NCBI RefSeq assembly: GCF_000146505.1
Contig: NC_017448.1
Coordinates: forward strand, 2,400,001 to 2,432,000
DNA: 32,000 nucleotides
From: Fibrobacter succinogenes subsp. succinogenes S85
GTDB taxonomy: Bacteria > Fibrobacterota > Fibrobacteria > Fibrobacterales > Fibrobacteraceae
Direction of reading: 5' to 3'
Below are positions 23,450 to 31,376 of the stretch, piece by piece. The notes beneath the pieces were generated by a model. The model saw only the letters and a program-made list of their open reading frames with translations. It was not told the origin of the DNA and searched no databases. The stretch's first letter is position 1. Each line of letters begins with the position of its first letter. Both the position numbers and the translations under genes were made by a program.

Positions 23450-25039
23450 ATGTTCACGGAAAAGATTTCAATTTTTAAATGGTGTAATTTCTTCGGGTTG
23501 ATTGCGGTGAGCGCCATGTTCTTGGCATGCTCCGATGACAAGATCGCGGGCGGTTCTTCGGATGATGCAGGCATTTACGCTGTCAAGGATTTGGACGTGG
23601 CGGGCGTCTCGCAGAAGGGACCGTTCGTTACGGGTTCGCATGTGACTGTGCAGGGCATCGATTGCAAAACGATGAAATTGACCGGTGAAAGTTTTGAAGG
23701 TACGGTCAAGAGTGACAAGGGCGATTACGATATCGATGGAATTTCGCTTTCGTCTTCGTGCGCGGTTTTTGAAGTGACCGGGCTCTATGTTGATGAATTT
23801 ACGGGCGTGCAGACTACGGAGCCGGTAACGCTTCGCTCGCTTGTGAACCTCAAGGATCGAAAGAGCGTGAATGTCAATGTGCTCACGCAACTGGAGTATG
23901 GCCGTGTCGTGAAGCTCGTGTCCGAACAGAATACTCCTTTTGCAGATGCTAAAAAGCAGGCTGAAAAAGAAGTGCTTGGGGCGTTTGAAATTGATAGTGT
24001 GTTTACGCCGTTCGAAGATCTGAACATTGTTGAAGACGGTGAAGATAACGCCGCTCTCCTTGCTGTAAGCGTGCTTGTACTTGTTTCGGGTGATTCTAGT
24101 AAAAATGTGAATGTCGAGGAACGTTTGGAAAAGATTGGAACTTCTATTGCCGAAACCGGAATATGGGCTGATGAAGAAATTAAATCAGAAATGGCGGAAT
24201 GGGCTTTTGCTTCATGGACGAATGGACAAATGAAAAGTCTAGGCGATAATCTTGAAAAAATGGGCTATCCCAGTAATATTTATGATATCTCGTATTTTAC
24301 AGACGAGTTTGTAGATAGTGTCTGGGTGGACAAGAATCGCGATCCGTCTGTAATTTATTCCGGGATGTATATCAACTGGAGTATTCCTAAAGAAGCTTAT
24401 TTTAATCCGGATATTAAGTACGATTCCGTTGTTGATAGCCGTGATGGGCAAATTTATAAGACCGTGAAAATCGGTAGCCAAACCTGGATGGCTGAAAACT
24501 TGAATTATGCCGACAGCGTTCAGACTCCGAGTCTTTTGGGGCGCAGCTGGTGCTTTGCCAATAAGCCCGAAAATTGCGCAATGGCTGGCCGCCTTTATAC
24601 CTGGACTGCCGCTGTGGATTCTGTAAATCTTGCGACGGATAAGGATAATCCGCAGGACTGCGGCTACGAAAAGCTTTGCAACCTTTCTAAGATCCGAGGC
24701 ATTTGTCCTGAAGGATTCCATTTGCCAGATACAACGGAATGGCGTACATTGATTTCATTTGCGGGTGGCGATCACATTGCCGGCGGAAAGCTTGAATCAA
24801 GGCTTGGAATGTATAGAGATCCAGGTACGGATGATTATGGTTTTTCTGCATTCCCTGCAGGTAACAAGTATCGTGATAGAGAATTTTTCGAAGATAGCCG
24901 CGATGTCTATTTTTGGCTGTTGACCGAATATTCTGATGATGACCACTTGGCTTATTGGTCGGTTTTCTTTTACGAAACATTTAATTTCTCGGGTGGCTTT
25001 AAGGATATGGGAGTCCCTGTCCGCTGCGTTATGGATTAG
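23450..25039 (+). CDS. Lipoprotein with the shared N-terminal module and one FISUMP domain
   Basis: Lipobox MFLAC|SDD. The single C-terminal domain (WSIPKEAYFNPDIKYDS...WMAENLNYADSVQTPSL...CPEGFHLP...VRCVMD) is related to the WSWDVP subfamily. Confidence 0.85.
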   Translation: MFTEKISIFKWCNFFGLIAVSAMFLACSDDKIAGGSSDDAGIYAVKDLDVAGVSQKGPFVTGSHVTVQGIDCKTMKLTGESFEGTVKSDKGDYDIDGISLSSSCAVFEVTGLYVDEFTGVQTTEPVTLRSLVNLKDRKSVNVNVLTQLEYGRVVKLVSEQNTPFADAKKQAEKEVLGAFEIDSVFTPFEDLNIVEDGEDNAALLAVSVLVLVSGDSSKNVNVEERLEKIGTSIAETGIWADEEIKSEMAEWAFASWTNGQMKSLGDNLEKMGYPSNIYDISYFTDEFVDSVWVDKNRDPSVIYSGMYINWSIPKEAYFNPDIKYDSVVDSRDGQIYKTVKIGSQTWMAENLNYADSVQTPSLLGRSWCFANKPENCAMAGRLYTWTAAVDSVNLATDKDNPQDCGYEKLCNLSKIRGICPEGFHLPDTTEWRTLISFAGGDHIAGGKLESRLGMYRDPGTDDYGFSAFPAGNKYRDREFFEDSRDVYFWLLTEYSDDDHLAYWSVFFYETFNFSGGFKDMGVPVRCVMD

Positions 25040-25051
25040 GAGGAATTCATC

Positions 25052-27631
25052 ATGAAAAAAGTAATACTTCTCTTTTTGCTGACTCTTGCAAATATTGCAG
25101 GGGCGTACTCTATTTCGTATAAATATTCCGGTGCAACAGGCGCTTCTTGCGAACCTGCGAGTGCTTCTGGAGGAACAGAAATCAGGTGCTCTGCTCCAGA
25201 TGGATTTGTTTGGTCTGCCGTATCCTTGGATGGGGGCAATTCGTCGATTAAATATTGTATTTCTGGTGCCTGCTTGGCCGAAATTAACGACAATGTCGTT
25301 GTGGATGTCAAGTTCTCTCAAGAGACCGCAGTACACAAGATTGATTGGGTTGCTGTCTGGAGCCAGGTATATACTTTAAGCAATGGCTATATCAAGGTGA
25401 CGGACCTGGATGGTAAATACTTTTTGTTCGCCGCTTCGGAGGGGGATTCCGTCAAGGTTACGCCTGTACCTTCTCTGAGCTATCATTTTCAAGCGCTTCG
25501 TGAAAAGAATAGGGTCGGTGTTAAGATAGATACAGATTATTTTGGAAAGGATAATTTAAGTTTTTTTGCAATGCCGGATGCTGATATTCGTCTAGAAGCG
25601 GAATTTGCACACAATTTGTATAGAATCCTCTATGATATGAATGGACTTGATACGCTTGAATTGTGGGGTACGGACTGTTCGACTCTCCTAAGCTGCACAA
25701 TTTCTAAAGCCATATATGAACGTGAAGGGTATATATTCCGTGGATGGACTTATGAAAAGGACCAACAAGATACGTTTCTTCTTCCTGGTACAAAACTCCC
25801 GCCGGCACCTTATGAGAATGATGCTCGCGTACAGCTTTATGCAAAATGGTTCGAAGTTAAAAAGCCTCAAAAAGTAAATGGCTGCTACCAGATAAATGAC
25901 GAGCACGAACTTTTTGGTTATGCGTATATTGTCAATGGAAAGGACCATTTTGAACAGGAAACTGATGCCTGCGGTGAACTTGTTGCAGATATAGTCGTAA
26001 ATGAAAGTGTGCTGGATTCAATTGCGATGTTGCGCAAGGATCCGGAACGTTTGCTGACGTGGACTCCGATGGGCTCGGCTGAAAAACCGTTTGTCGGAAG
26101 ATTTAATGGTAAGGGACATTCCATAAAGGGGCTTTATGTGCCGGGTTCCGGAAGCTCTGTTGGATTTTTTGCGGTTGCTCAGGGAGATGTTTCTATTGAT
26201 AGTTTGGGAATTATCGACTCTTATTTTGAGGGGTATGAGAGAATTGGTGGAATTGTCGGAAGTTTAGCGAAAAAGTCAAAGCTTTCCGTTACATATTCTT
26301 ATGTGGATTTGACCTTGTCTGGTCGTAATATGGGTGGATTGGTTGGTTATGTCTTTGATTCTTCGTCGGTTTATATAAAGGGGGCTCACCGTTCAGGGAA
26401 GAATATTTCTGAATCTGTTGTTGGAGGATTGGTGGGCAGGGGAAGGTCTGCTTCTGTTTTTACGATATTGAATTCTTATAATGAAAGTTCTTTTGAATGT
26501 GGTATCCATAATTGCACGATTGGTGGGCTTCTTGGGTGTATTGGGGCTGAGTATGAAGATCTTATATATGAAAATATGGGTGATTCCCTAATTATAGATA
26601 GCTGCTATAATACGGGGGCTATGGATGGCAAAGGGAATGATTCATATTATGGTATTGGTCGAAGTATGGGTGGGCTTGTTGGCAGTTTTAATGCTCACTA
26701 TGCTTCCATATCGAATTCGTATAATAAGGGCTCGATGACGACAGAAGATGGGGGGCGCGATACGGATTATATGGGTGGCTTGGTCGCTAGTTTTTCAGGA
26801 ATTTTGGAAATAACACGTTGCCATAATAGCGGAACTCTTAAAGGGGATGGTGTTGCGGGATTTGTTGCAGGTGTTGGTGAAGGTTCTCATATAAATATTA
26901 GCACCTCCTATAATGAAGGTTATTTGTGGGGAAGAGGTATTGCTAGTGGAATGGTTATTTCGGAAGTGGGCTTTTATGGAGTTAATCCTGAGGGGACGAT
27001 TGTCAATTCGTACAATGTAGGCGAAGTCGAAGTGTACGAGTCTTATCGCAAAGCGACATTGTTTGGCTCAGGGTTGTTTGATGGAAATATAAATCTCAAG
27101 ATTATTAATTCGTACAATGTAACTCCGTTTAATTACCGGAAGTGTCAGATATCCTATGATACCTTAGTCAATGTTTTTTATTATAGAAGCTTGGCGTGTG
27201 AGGGGTTTGAAGATCAAAGTTCTCCAGATGATTTTATTGATGGCTCGATTGCGTGGAAACTGTACAATTATAACGAGAACGGGGTTGACGGCCATGTGTG
27301 GGGACAGAAGGTTGGTGTAGATCTTTATCCCGTCTTGAATGGTGCAGGAGTTGAAGGTTATAATCCGGATGCTCCTCGTTCAAGTTCCTCTTCGGGTAGG
27401 GTGTCGCTTACGGCTGAGGTTGTCGATTTGAATGTGTCGGTGAATGTTGCGGATCGGAAAATCCAGATTGAAGGCGCACGCGCCGGTTCGATGTTTGCAT
27501 TGTTTGACATGCAAGGACGAATGCTTTTGGCTGGTTCTATCGAAAAAGGTTCTCGAACGATTGGTGTGCCGATGGCTGGCTCCTACCTCCTCCGTGTCGG
27601 GAGTAAAATGCAGAAAGTACACGTGAAATAA
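25052..27631 (+). CDS. Secreted repeat protein with a Listeria-Bacteroides-repeat-like segment, a GLUG-motif repeat region and a C-terminal sorting-type beta domain
   Basis: AGGAGG Shine-Dalgarno 12 nt after the previous stop. Signal peptide MKKVILLFLLTLANIAGAYS. The EREGYIFRGW...LYAKW segment resembles the Listeria-Bacteroides repeat. There are at least 6 GG(I/L)(V/L)(G/A) motifs (GGIVGS, GGLVGY, GGLVGR, GGLLGC, GGLVGS, GGLVAS). The tail ...FALFDMQGRMLL...GSYLLRVGSKMQKVHVK resembles Por/T9SS-type C-terminal domains. Confidence 0.65.
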   Translation: MKKVILLFLLTLANIAGAYSISYKYSGATGASCEPASASGGTEIRCSAPDGFVWSAVSLDGGNSSIKYCISGACLAEINDNVVVDVKFSQETAVHKIDWVAVWSQVYTLSNGYIKVTDLDGKYFLFAASEGDSVKVTPVPSLSYHFQALREKNRVGVKIDTDYFGKDNLSFFAMPDADIRLEAEFAHNLYRILYDMNGLDTLELWGTDCSTLLSCTISKAIYEREGYIFRGWTYEKDQQDTFLLPGTKLPPAPYENDARVQLYAKWFEVKKPQKVNGCYQINDEHELFGYAYIVNGKDHFEQETDACGELVADIVVNESVLDSIAMLRKDPERLLTWTPMGSAEKPFVGRFNGKGHSIKGLYVPGSGSSVGFFAVAQGDVSIDSLGIIDSYFEGYERIGGIVGSLAKKSKLSVTYSYVDLTLSGRNMGGLVGYVFDSSSVYIKGAHRSGKNISESVVGGLVGRGRSASVFTILNSYNESSFECGIHNCTIGGLLGCIGAEYEDLIYENMGDSLIIDSCYNTGAMDGKGNDSYYGIGRSMGGLVGSFNAHYASISNSYNKGSMTTEDGGRDTDYMGGLVASFSGILEITRCHNSGTLKGDGVAGFVAGVGEGSHINISTSYNEGYLWGRGIASGMVISEVGFYGVNPEGTIVNSYNVGEVEVYESYRKATLFGSGLFDGNINLKIINSYNVTPFNYRKCQISYDTLVNVFYYRSLACEGFEDQSSPDDFIDGSIAWKLYNYNENGVDGHVWGQKVGVDLYPVLNGAGVEGYNPDAPRSSSSSGRVSLTAEVVDLNVSVNVADRKIQIEGARAGSMFALFDMQGRMLLAGSIEKGSRTIGVPMAGSYLLRVGSKMQKVHVK

Positions 27632-27730
27632 TGTGATATAGCTCCCATGGCTTAAAATCATGGGTTGATATTCCCCTCAAAAAATATATGTTTACTTAAA
27701 GGTTCTCATTGGGGTATTCGAGGGGTTTTG

Positions 27731-29635
27731 ATGAAATTGAATTTTCACAGCCTTGCGTTTAAACAGACTGTTTTGATATTGCTCGGCATCACGGTGATCT
27801 TTGTCGCGATGATTTTTATGCTTCAGCAGCAGGTCAGCTCGAGGATGTCGGAACTCATCATGGCACGTGGTCAGGAAATCAGTGAAAAGCACGTGTCTTC
27901 CATCGACAATATCTTTGAAGATAACGCCGCGGTTGTAAAAAACATTGTGGCGATGCTCGAACGTGGCGACTTGAGCAAGAAGGATATCGAGGAGTTTTTG
28001 CCGGTGGAATACGTGCGCACCCATGAGAAAAATCCGATTGCGTCTGCGCTGTTTATCGCCTATGAGCCTGAACGGAACGGTCGCGAGTTCATGCGCATCA
28101 CGGGGCACGGTCTCGAGGGCAAGCTCATGGAGGTGAAGGACTACCGTGAAATGCCTTGGTACAAACAGTCCATCGAAACGGGCAAGGGCCAGTGGTATGA
28201 ACCGTTTATTGGCGTCTATGCGGACCAGCCGGTGGCGCTTTATGCGATGCCTTTTTACCAGACGCTCCCCGATGGTTCCAAGAAATTCAAGGGTGTTGTC
28301 GGGCTTGATATTTTTGTCTCGTTCTTGCGCGATGCGGTCTCCTCGATAAATATTGAAAACTCGGGATATGCGTTTATCCTCTCTGCCGAAAACAGGTTTG
28401 TGGCGCATCCGCGCGATGAATGGGTTTTCAAGGAATCGCTCCATTCGCTGGCGAAGGGTCATGAGGCGGGCTTGTCTGCTTTTGAGAGTGCGGTCCGCGA
28501 TTTGCGCAGCGGACTTTTGCTTGGCAAGACGTTTAGTGGCGAAAAGGCTTGCATCTATTTTTCGCACATGAAGGTGGACGGCTGGATTTTCGGCGTCGTG
28601 TGGCCTGCGGATGAATTCTTTGCAAAACAACGTAAGATGGCGTCGGTGCTTGGCATCCTTGGCTTGGCAAGCTATATCTTGATGATTGTGCTTGTGCTCG
28701 TGATTTCGAGTCGTGTGACGCGACCGCTCAAGGCGCTTGCAGGGGTGGCTAAGCGTTTGGGACAGGGCGACTTTGACGTGGAGATTCCGCCGGTTGATGG
28801 CAAGGACGAAATTGCGGAGTTCGCCGATGCGTTTGGTCGCATGCGTGATTCGCTCAAGGAAAATATTGAAAAGCAGAAGGGTGCCGAACGCGTGGCGAGC
28901 GAACTGGAAATGGCTCGCAAGATCCAGCTCGGGTTGCTTGCGCGTAGCGATGATGACGAGGGCGTGAAGGATGCCCGCCATTTGCTTTCTCCGTTTATTT
29001 TGCCTGCAAAGGCGGTGGGTGGCGACTTCTATGATTTTTGCAAGGTCGATAAGGACAGACTTGCCTTCTTGATCGCAGACGTGTCGGGCAAGGGCGTCCC
29101 GGCGGCGCTCCTCATGATGTCGGCGCGCTCGATGCTCAAGAGTGTTTTGCTTGCGGGCACTTCGGTGGTGGATACGTTCAACGTTGTGAATGACCGTTTG
29201 GCGTTCCGCAATTATCTCAACATGTTCGTCACGGTCTGGATGGGAGTTCTCGATTTGCGTACGGGCGAAGTGGAATTTGCATGTGCGGGGCATAACCCGC
29301 CGGCGATTCGCCGTGCCGACGGTACGGTCGAGTTTGCAAAGAGCAAGCCCGGTCTTGTGATTGCCGCGATGGAAGGGACCCGCTACAAGCGCCAGACGCT
29401 CAAGCTGAATCCAGGCGATACGATTTTCTTGTACACGGATGGTGTGACCGAGGCGACGGATGCGAACGAGAATCTGTTTGGTGACGAAAGGCTCTTGCAG
29501 ACGCTCCGCGATGCCGGCAATCGCGAACCTGCCGAAATTTGCCCGTTCGTGAAGTCCAGGATTGATGAATTTGTGGGCGATGCTCCGCAGTTCGATGACA
29601 TTACCATGCTCGCGCTCAAGTTCGTGGGCGGTTGA
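27731..29635 (+). CDS. Membrane sensor phosphatase: TM, Cache-like extracytoplasmic domain, TM, HAMP, SpoIIE/PP2C
   Basis: The ORF is open from TTG 27665. ATG 27731 has a GAGGGG Shine-Dalgarno. The HAMP domain reads RPLKALAGVAKRLGQGDFDVEIP...DEIAEFADAFGRM. PP2C/SpoIIE motifs are GGDFYDF, LIADVSGKGVPAALLM, AGHNPP, LYTDGVTEA and DDITMLALKF. Confidence 0.85.
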   Translation: MKLNFHSLAFKQTVLILLGITVIFVAMIFMLQQQVSSRMSELIMARGQEISEKHVSSIDNIFEDNAAVVKNIVAMLERGDLSKKDIEEFLPVEYVRTHEKNPIASALFIAYEPERNGREFMRITGHGLEGKLMEVKDYREMPWYKQSIETGKGQWYEPFIGVYADQPVALYAMPFYQTLPDGSKKFKGVVGLDIFVSFLRDAVSSINIENSGYAFILSAENRFVAHPRDEWVFKESLHSLAKGHEAGLSAFESAVRDLRSGLLLGKTFSGEKACIYFSHMKVDGWIFGVVWPADEFFAKQRKMASVLGILGLASYILMIVLVLVISSRVTRPLKALAGVAKRLGQGDFDVEIPPVDGKDEIAEFADAFGRMRDSLKENIEKQKGAERVASELEMARKIQLGLLARSDDDEGVKDARHLLSPFILPAKAVGGDFYDFCKVDKDRLAFLIADVSGKGVPAALLMMSARSMLKSVLLAGTSVVDTFNVVNDRLAFRNYLNMFVTVWMGVLDLRTGEVEFACAGHNPPAIRRADGTVEFAKSKPGLVIAAMEGTRYKRQTLKLNPGDTIFLYTDGVTEATDANENLFGDERLLQTLRDAGNREPAEICPFVKSRIDEFVGDAPQFDDITMLALKFVGG

Positions 29636-29682
29636 CGCTGCTGCGGAATGCCCGAAAGCTCGCGAAATATGCGCGTGAAATG

Positions 29683-29713
29683 AAAAAAGACCTTGCTTTC
29701 GCAAGGTCTTTTT
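29683..29713. terminator. Bidirectional hairpin terminator between the phosphatase gene and tRNA-His
   Basis: AAAAAAGACCTTGC-tttc-GCAAGGTCTTTTT has an 8-bp GC-containing stem flanked by an A-run and a T-run. Confidence 0.75.
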
Positions 29714-29715
29714 CG

Positions 29716-29790
29716 GGTGGATGACCGGACTCGAACCGGCAACATCCAGAATCACAATCTGGGACTCTAACCAATTGAGCTACATCCACC
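29716..29790 (-). tRNA. tRNA-His (anticodon GTG) with encoded G-1; CCA not encoded
   Basis: The reverse complement reads G-GTGGATG-TA-GCTC-AATTGGTTA-GAGT-C-CCAGA-TTGTGAT-TCTGG-ATGTT-GCCGG-TTCGAGT-CCGGT-CATCCAC-C. The cloverleaf was folded by hand. The anticodon loop TTGTGAT gives GTG. An extra 5' G lies opposite the discriminator C, which is typical of tRNA-His. Confidence 0.9.
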
Positions 29791-29809
29791 ATGTAGCGAG
29801 ACCAAATAT

Positions 29810-29840
29810 AAAAAAGCCATCCCAAATTTCAAGGGATGGC
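29810..29840 (-). terminator. Rho-independent terminator of the small CCCH-motif gene (minus strand)
   Basis: GCCATCCC (29816-29823) pairs with GGGATGGC (29833-29840) across a 9-nt loop. On the minus strand TTTTTT (29815-29810) follows. Confidence 0.65.
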
Positions 29841-29881
29841 AAACACTTTTTTCTAAAAAATTTGTTTTTAGCGCGTGACGA

Positions 29882-30238
29882 CTACTTTTTCTGCATGATT
29901 CGGAGGAAATTTGCACGCTTGAAGTCGTTTCTGTGTTCCATGCAGAAGCGCGGGTACACGTACTGCTTCGGGAACATGCGGATCGTGAACGTGTTGTTGC
30001 AGCCTTCGAGGCAGCACTTGAATTCCAAGTCCATGGCTTCCGTGTAGTTGTGGCGGAAAATGATGTTTTTGGATTCGATGTTCTCGATATCCTTCTTTTG
30101 CTTTTGGCGCTGCTTGATGTCGCGGTGCAGTTCGCAGTACTTCGCGATCGGGTGACCCCAGAATTCACGGCCGCAACCGGGTTCCTGGCAGACTTTGAGC
30201 TTGATGCGTTTCTTCTTTTTGTACTTAGGTAATTGCAT
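29882..30238 (-). CDS. Small basic protein with two C-x4-C...C-x2-H zinc-ribbon-like motifs (hypothetical)
   Basis: 118-aa ORF with a GAGGT Shine-Dalgarno 6 nt upstream. The motifs are CQEPGC...YCELH and CLEGC...FCMEH. Both termini are Lys-rich. The competing overlapping ORFs are low-complexity or overlap the tRNA. Confidence 0.6.
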   Translation of the reverse strand: MQLPKYKKKKRIKLKVCQEPGCGREFWGHPIAKYCELHRDIKQRQKQKKDIENIESKNIIFRHNYTEAMDLEFKCCLEGCNNTFTIRMFPKQYVYPRFCMEHRNDFKRANFLRIMQKK

Positions 30239-30375
30239 AGAGACCTCAATTAGTAGTAAAGATAATAAAAAACGTCGTTTTTGTAAAAAAATTGAATTTT
30301 GTTGGGGTTGTTTTAGTCCAAAACGCCTTTTCGTGTGTGTTATATAAATAGGAACCCTTAAAAAAAGGAATGTTT

Positions 30376-31221
30376 ATGAGGATTTTTTGGACTTTGATGG
30401 TGGCGGCTTCGGTCTTTTTGGGCGGTTGCATGTACGTGAGCGGGTCGGCGGAAGGCGAAACTTCGCTGCATGCGACGGCGATAGACGTAGGGCAGGGGCT
30501 AGCGGTGCTCCTCGAATATGACGGTCGCTATGCGATGTACGATTTTGGGCCAGATTCGGTTGGCGTGGTGGATTCGCTTTTGGCGCGCGGGGTCGATACG
30601 CTTGAATGGGTGGTGCTGAGCCATAATCATCGGGACCATATTGGCGGGTTTATGGAACTTGTAGGGCGGGACGTTTTTGTGCGGCGTCTGTACGTGGGGC
30701 CGGATACGGCGGGCGGCTTTTATCGCGATAGTGTCTTGCGGGTGGCGAGAGCGCTTGGAATGCCAGTGGATACGCTATTGCGAGGCGAGAACGTAAGTTT
30801 TGGGGGTGGGTCTAATGGCTTTGATGTGTTGTGGCCGACGAGTTATCTTCGTGTGGGCGAGAATCGCGCGAGCTTGGTGCTACTCGGAAAGTTTGGAGCA
30901 AGCAAGATGCTTTTGACGGGTGACCTGGATTCGGTGGGCGAGCGTCATGTGCTTGAGATGAACCCGACGCTTTCGGCTGAACTTTTGCAGGTGGCGCATC
31001 ACGGTTCGGCCGGGAGCAATACGCTAAGCTTCTTGTCGCAGGTATCGCCGAAGTACGCGTTTGTGAGCGTTGGTGCGGAGAACCGCTATGGGCATCCTGT
31101 GCCATCTGTTGTCCGTAAGTTGAACTTGGTGCTCGGCGATTCGCTGAAACTTTATCGCACCGATTTACAAGGCACTCTTCGCTTTGAACTCTCCCCAAGC
31201 ATGGGCGTGGTTGTACCGTAG
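30376..31221 (+). CDS. ComEC-type metallo-beta-lactamase-fold lipoprotein
   Basis: The ORF is open from ATG 30370. ATG 30376 is better spaced from the AAGGA Shine-Dalgarno. Lipobox FLGGC|MY. MBL motifs are SHNHRDHIGG, LLTGDL and VAHHGS. Confidence 0.75.
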   Translation: MRIFWTLMVAASVFLGGCMYVSGSAEGETSLHATAIDVGQGLAVLLEYDGRYAMYDFGPDSVGVVDSLLARGVDTLEWVVLSHNHRDHIGGFMELVGRDVFVRRLYVGPDTAGGFYRDSVLRVARALGMPVDTLLRGENVSFGGGSNGFDVLWPTSYLRVGENRASLVLLGKFGASKMLLTGDLDSVGERHVLEMNPTLSAELLQVAHHGSAGSNTLSFLSQVSPKYAFVSVGAENRYGHPVPSVVRKLNLVLGDSLKLYRTDLQGTLRFELSPSMGVVVP

Positions 31222-31226
31222 GGGGA

Positions 31227-31376
31227 ATGGGGTATGGGCTCGCTCCCTTCGGTCGCTTTGGGCTATGGGGTATGGGTGTGTAATATCAAGTTATTATCTC
31301 AAGCCCAAAGCCTAGCAGAGCTAGGCGACCTCAAAGCGTAGCGACCCCATAGTGCTTTAGCACGACCTCAAAGCGT
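31227..31376. repeat. Repeat-dense intergenic spacer (direct and inverted short repeats)
   Basis: ATGGGGTATGGG occurs at 31227-31238 and 31265-31276. CGACCTCAAAGCGT occurs at 31326-31339 and 31363-31376. GCTTTGGGCT (31254-31263) is the inverted complement of AGCCCAAAGC (31302-31311). Small hairpins are CCTAGC-aga-GCTAGG and GTGCT-tt-AGCAC. Confidence 0.6.

Noticed and set aside
3509-25039. A diversity-generating retroelement acting on the lectin-fold FISUMP domains. The repeated, near-identical domain copies could look like template and variable repeats.
   Set aside because: The window contains no reverse transcriptase ORF. Differences between the near-identical units (for example 4391-5131 versus 5147-5887) involve all four bases and many synonymous sites, not adenine-specific changes. 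The repeats are whole coding domains in tandem.
2649-27631. A CRISPR array or other short-period repeat array that could explain the repetitiveness of the region.
   Set aside because: All long repeats are in-frame protein-coding paralogues with periods of 756 and 852 nt or whole genes. There is no regular 25-40-nt repeat/spacer architecture.
29767-30249. A 160-aa minus-strand ORF and a 99-aa plus-strand ORF (29933-30232) that compete with the 118-aa CCCH-motif ORF.
   Set aside because: The 160-aa ORF is Ser/Thr/Arg low-complexity sequence and runs into the tRNA-His gene. The plus-strand ORF looks like a mirror-frame artefact. Only the 118-aa frame has a Shine-Dalgarno, patterned Cys/His motifs and a terminator.
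30267-30290. The palindrome AAAAACG-T-CGTTTTT followed by GTA, in the divergent promoter region between 29882-30238(-) and 30376(+). It resembles the AAAAAYGCCATTTTTGTA box of the cassettes.
   Set aside because: The similarity comes mostly from A5/T5 runs, which are low in complexity, and the distance to either start codon differs from the cassette spacing. I cannot tell a shared site from generic AT-rich promoter DNA without a genome-wide motif count.
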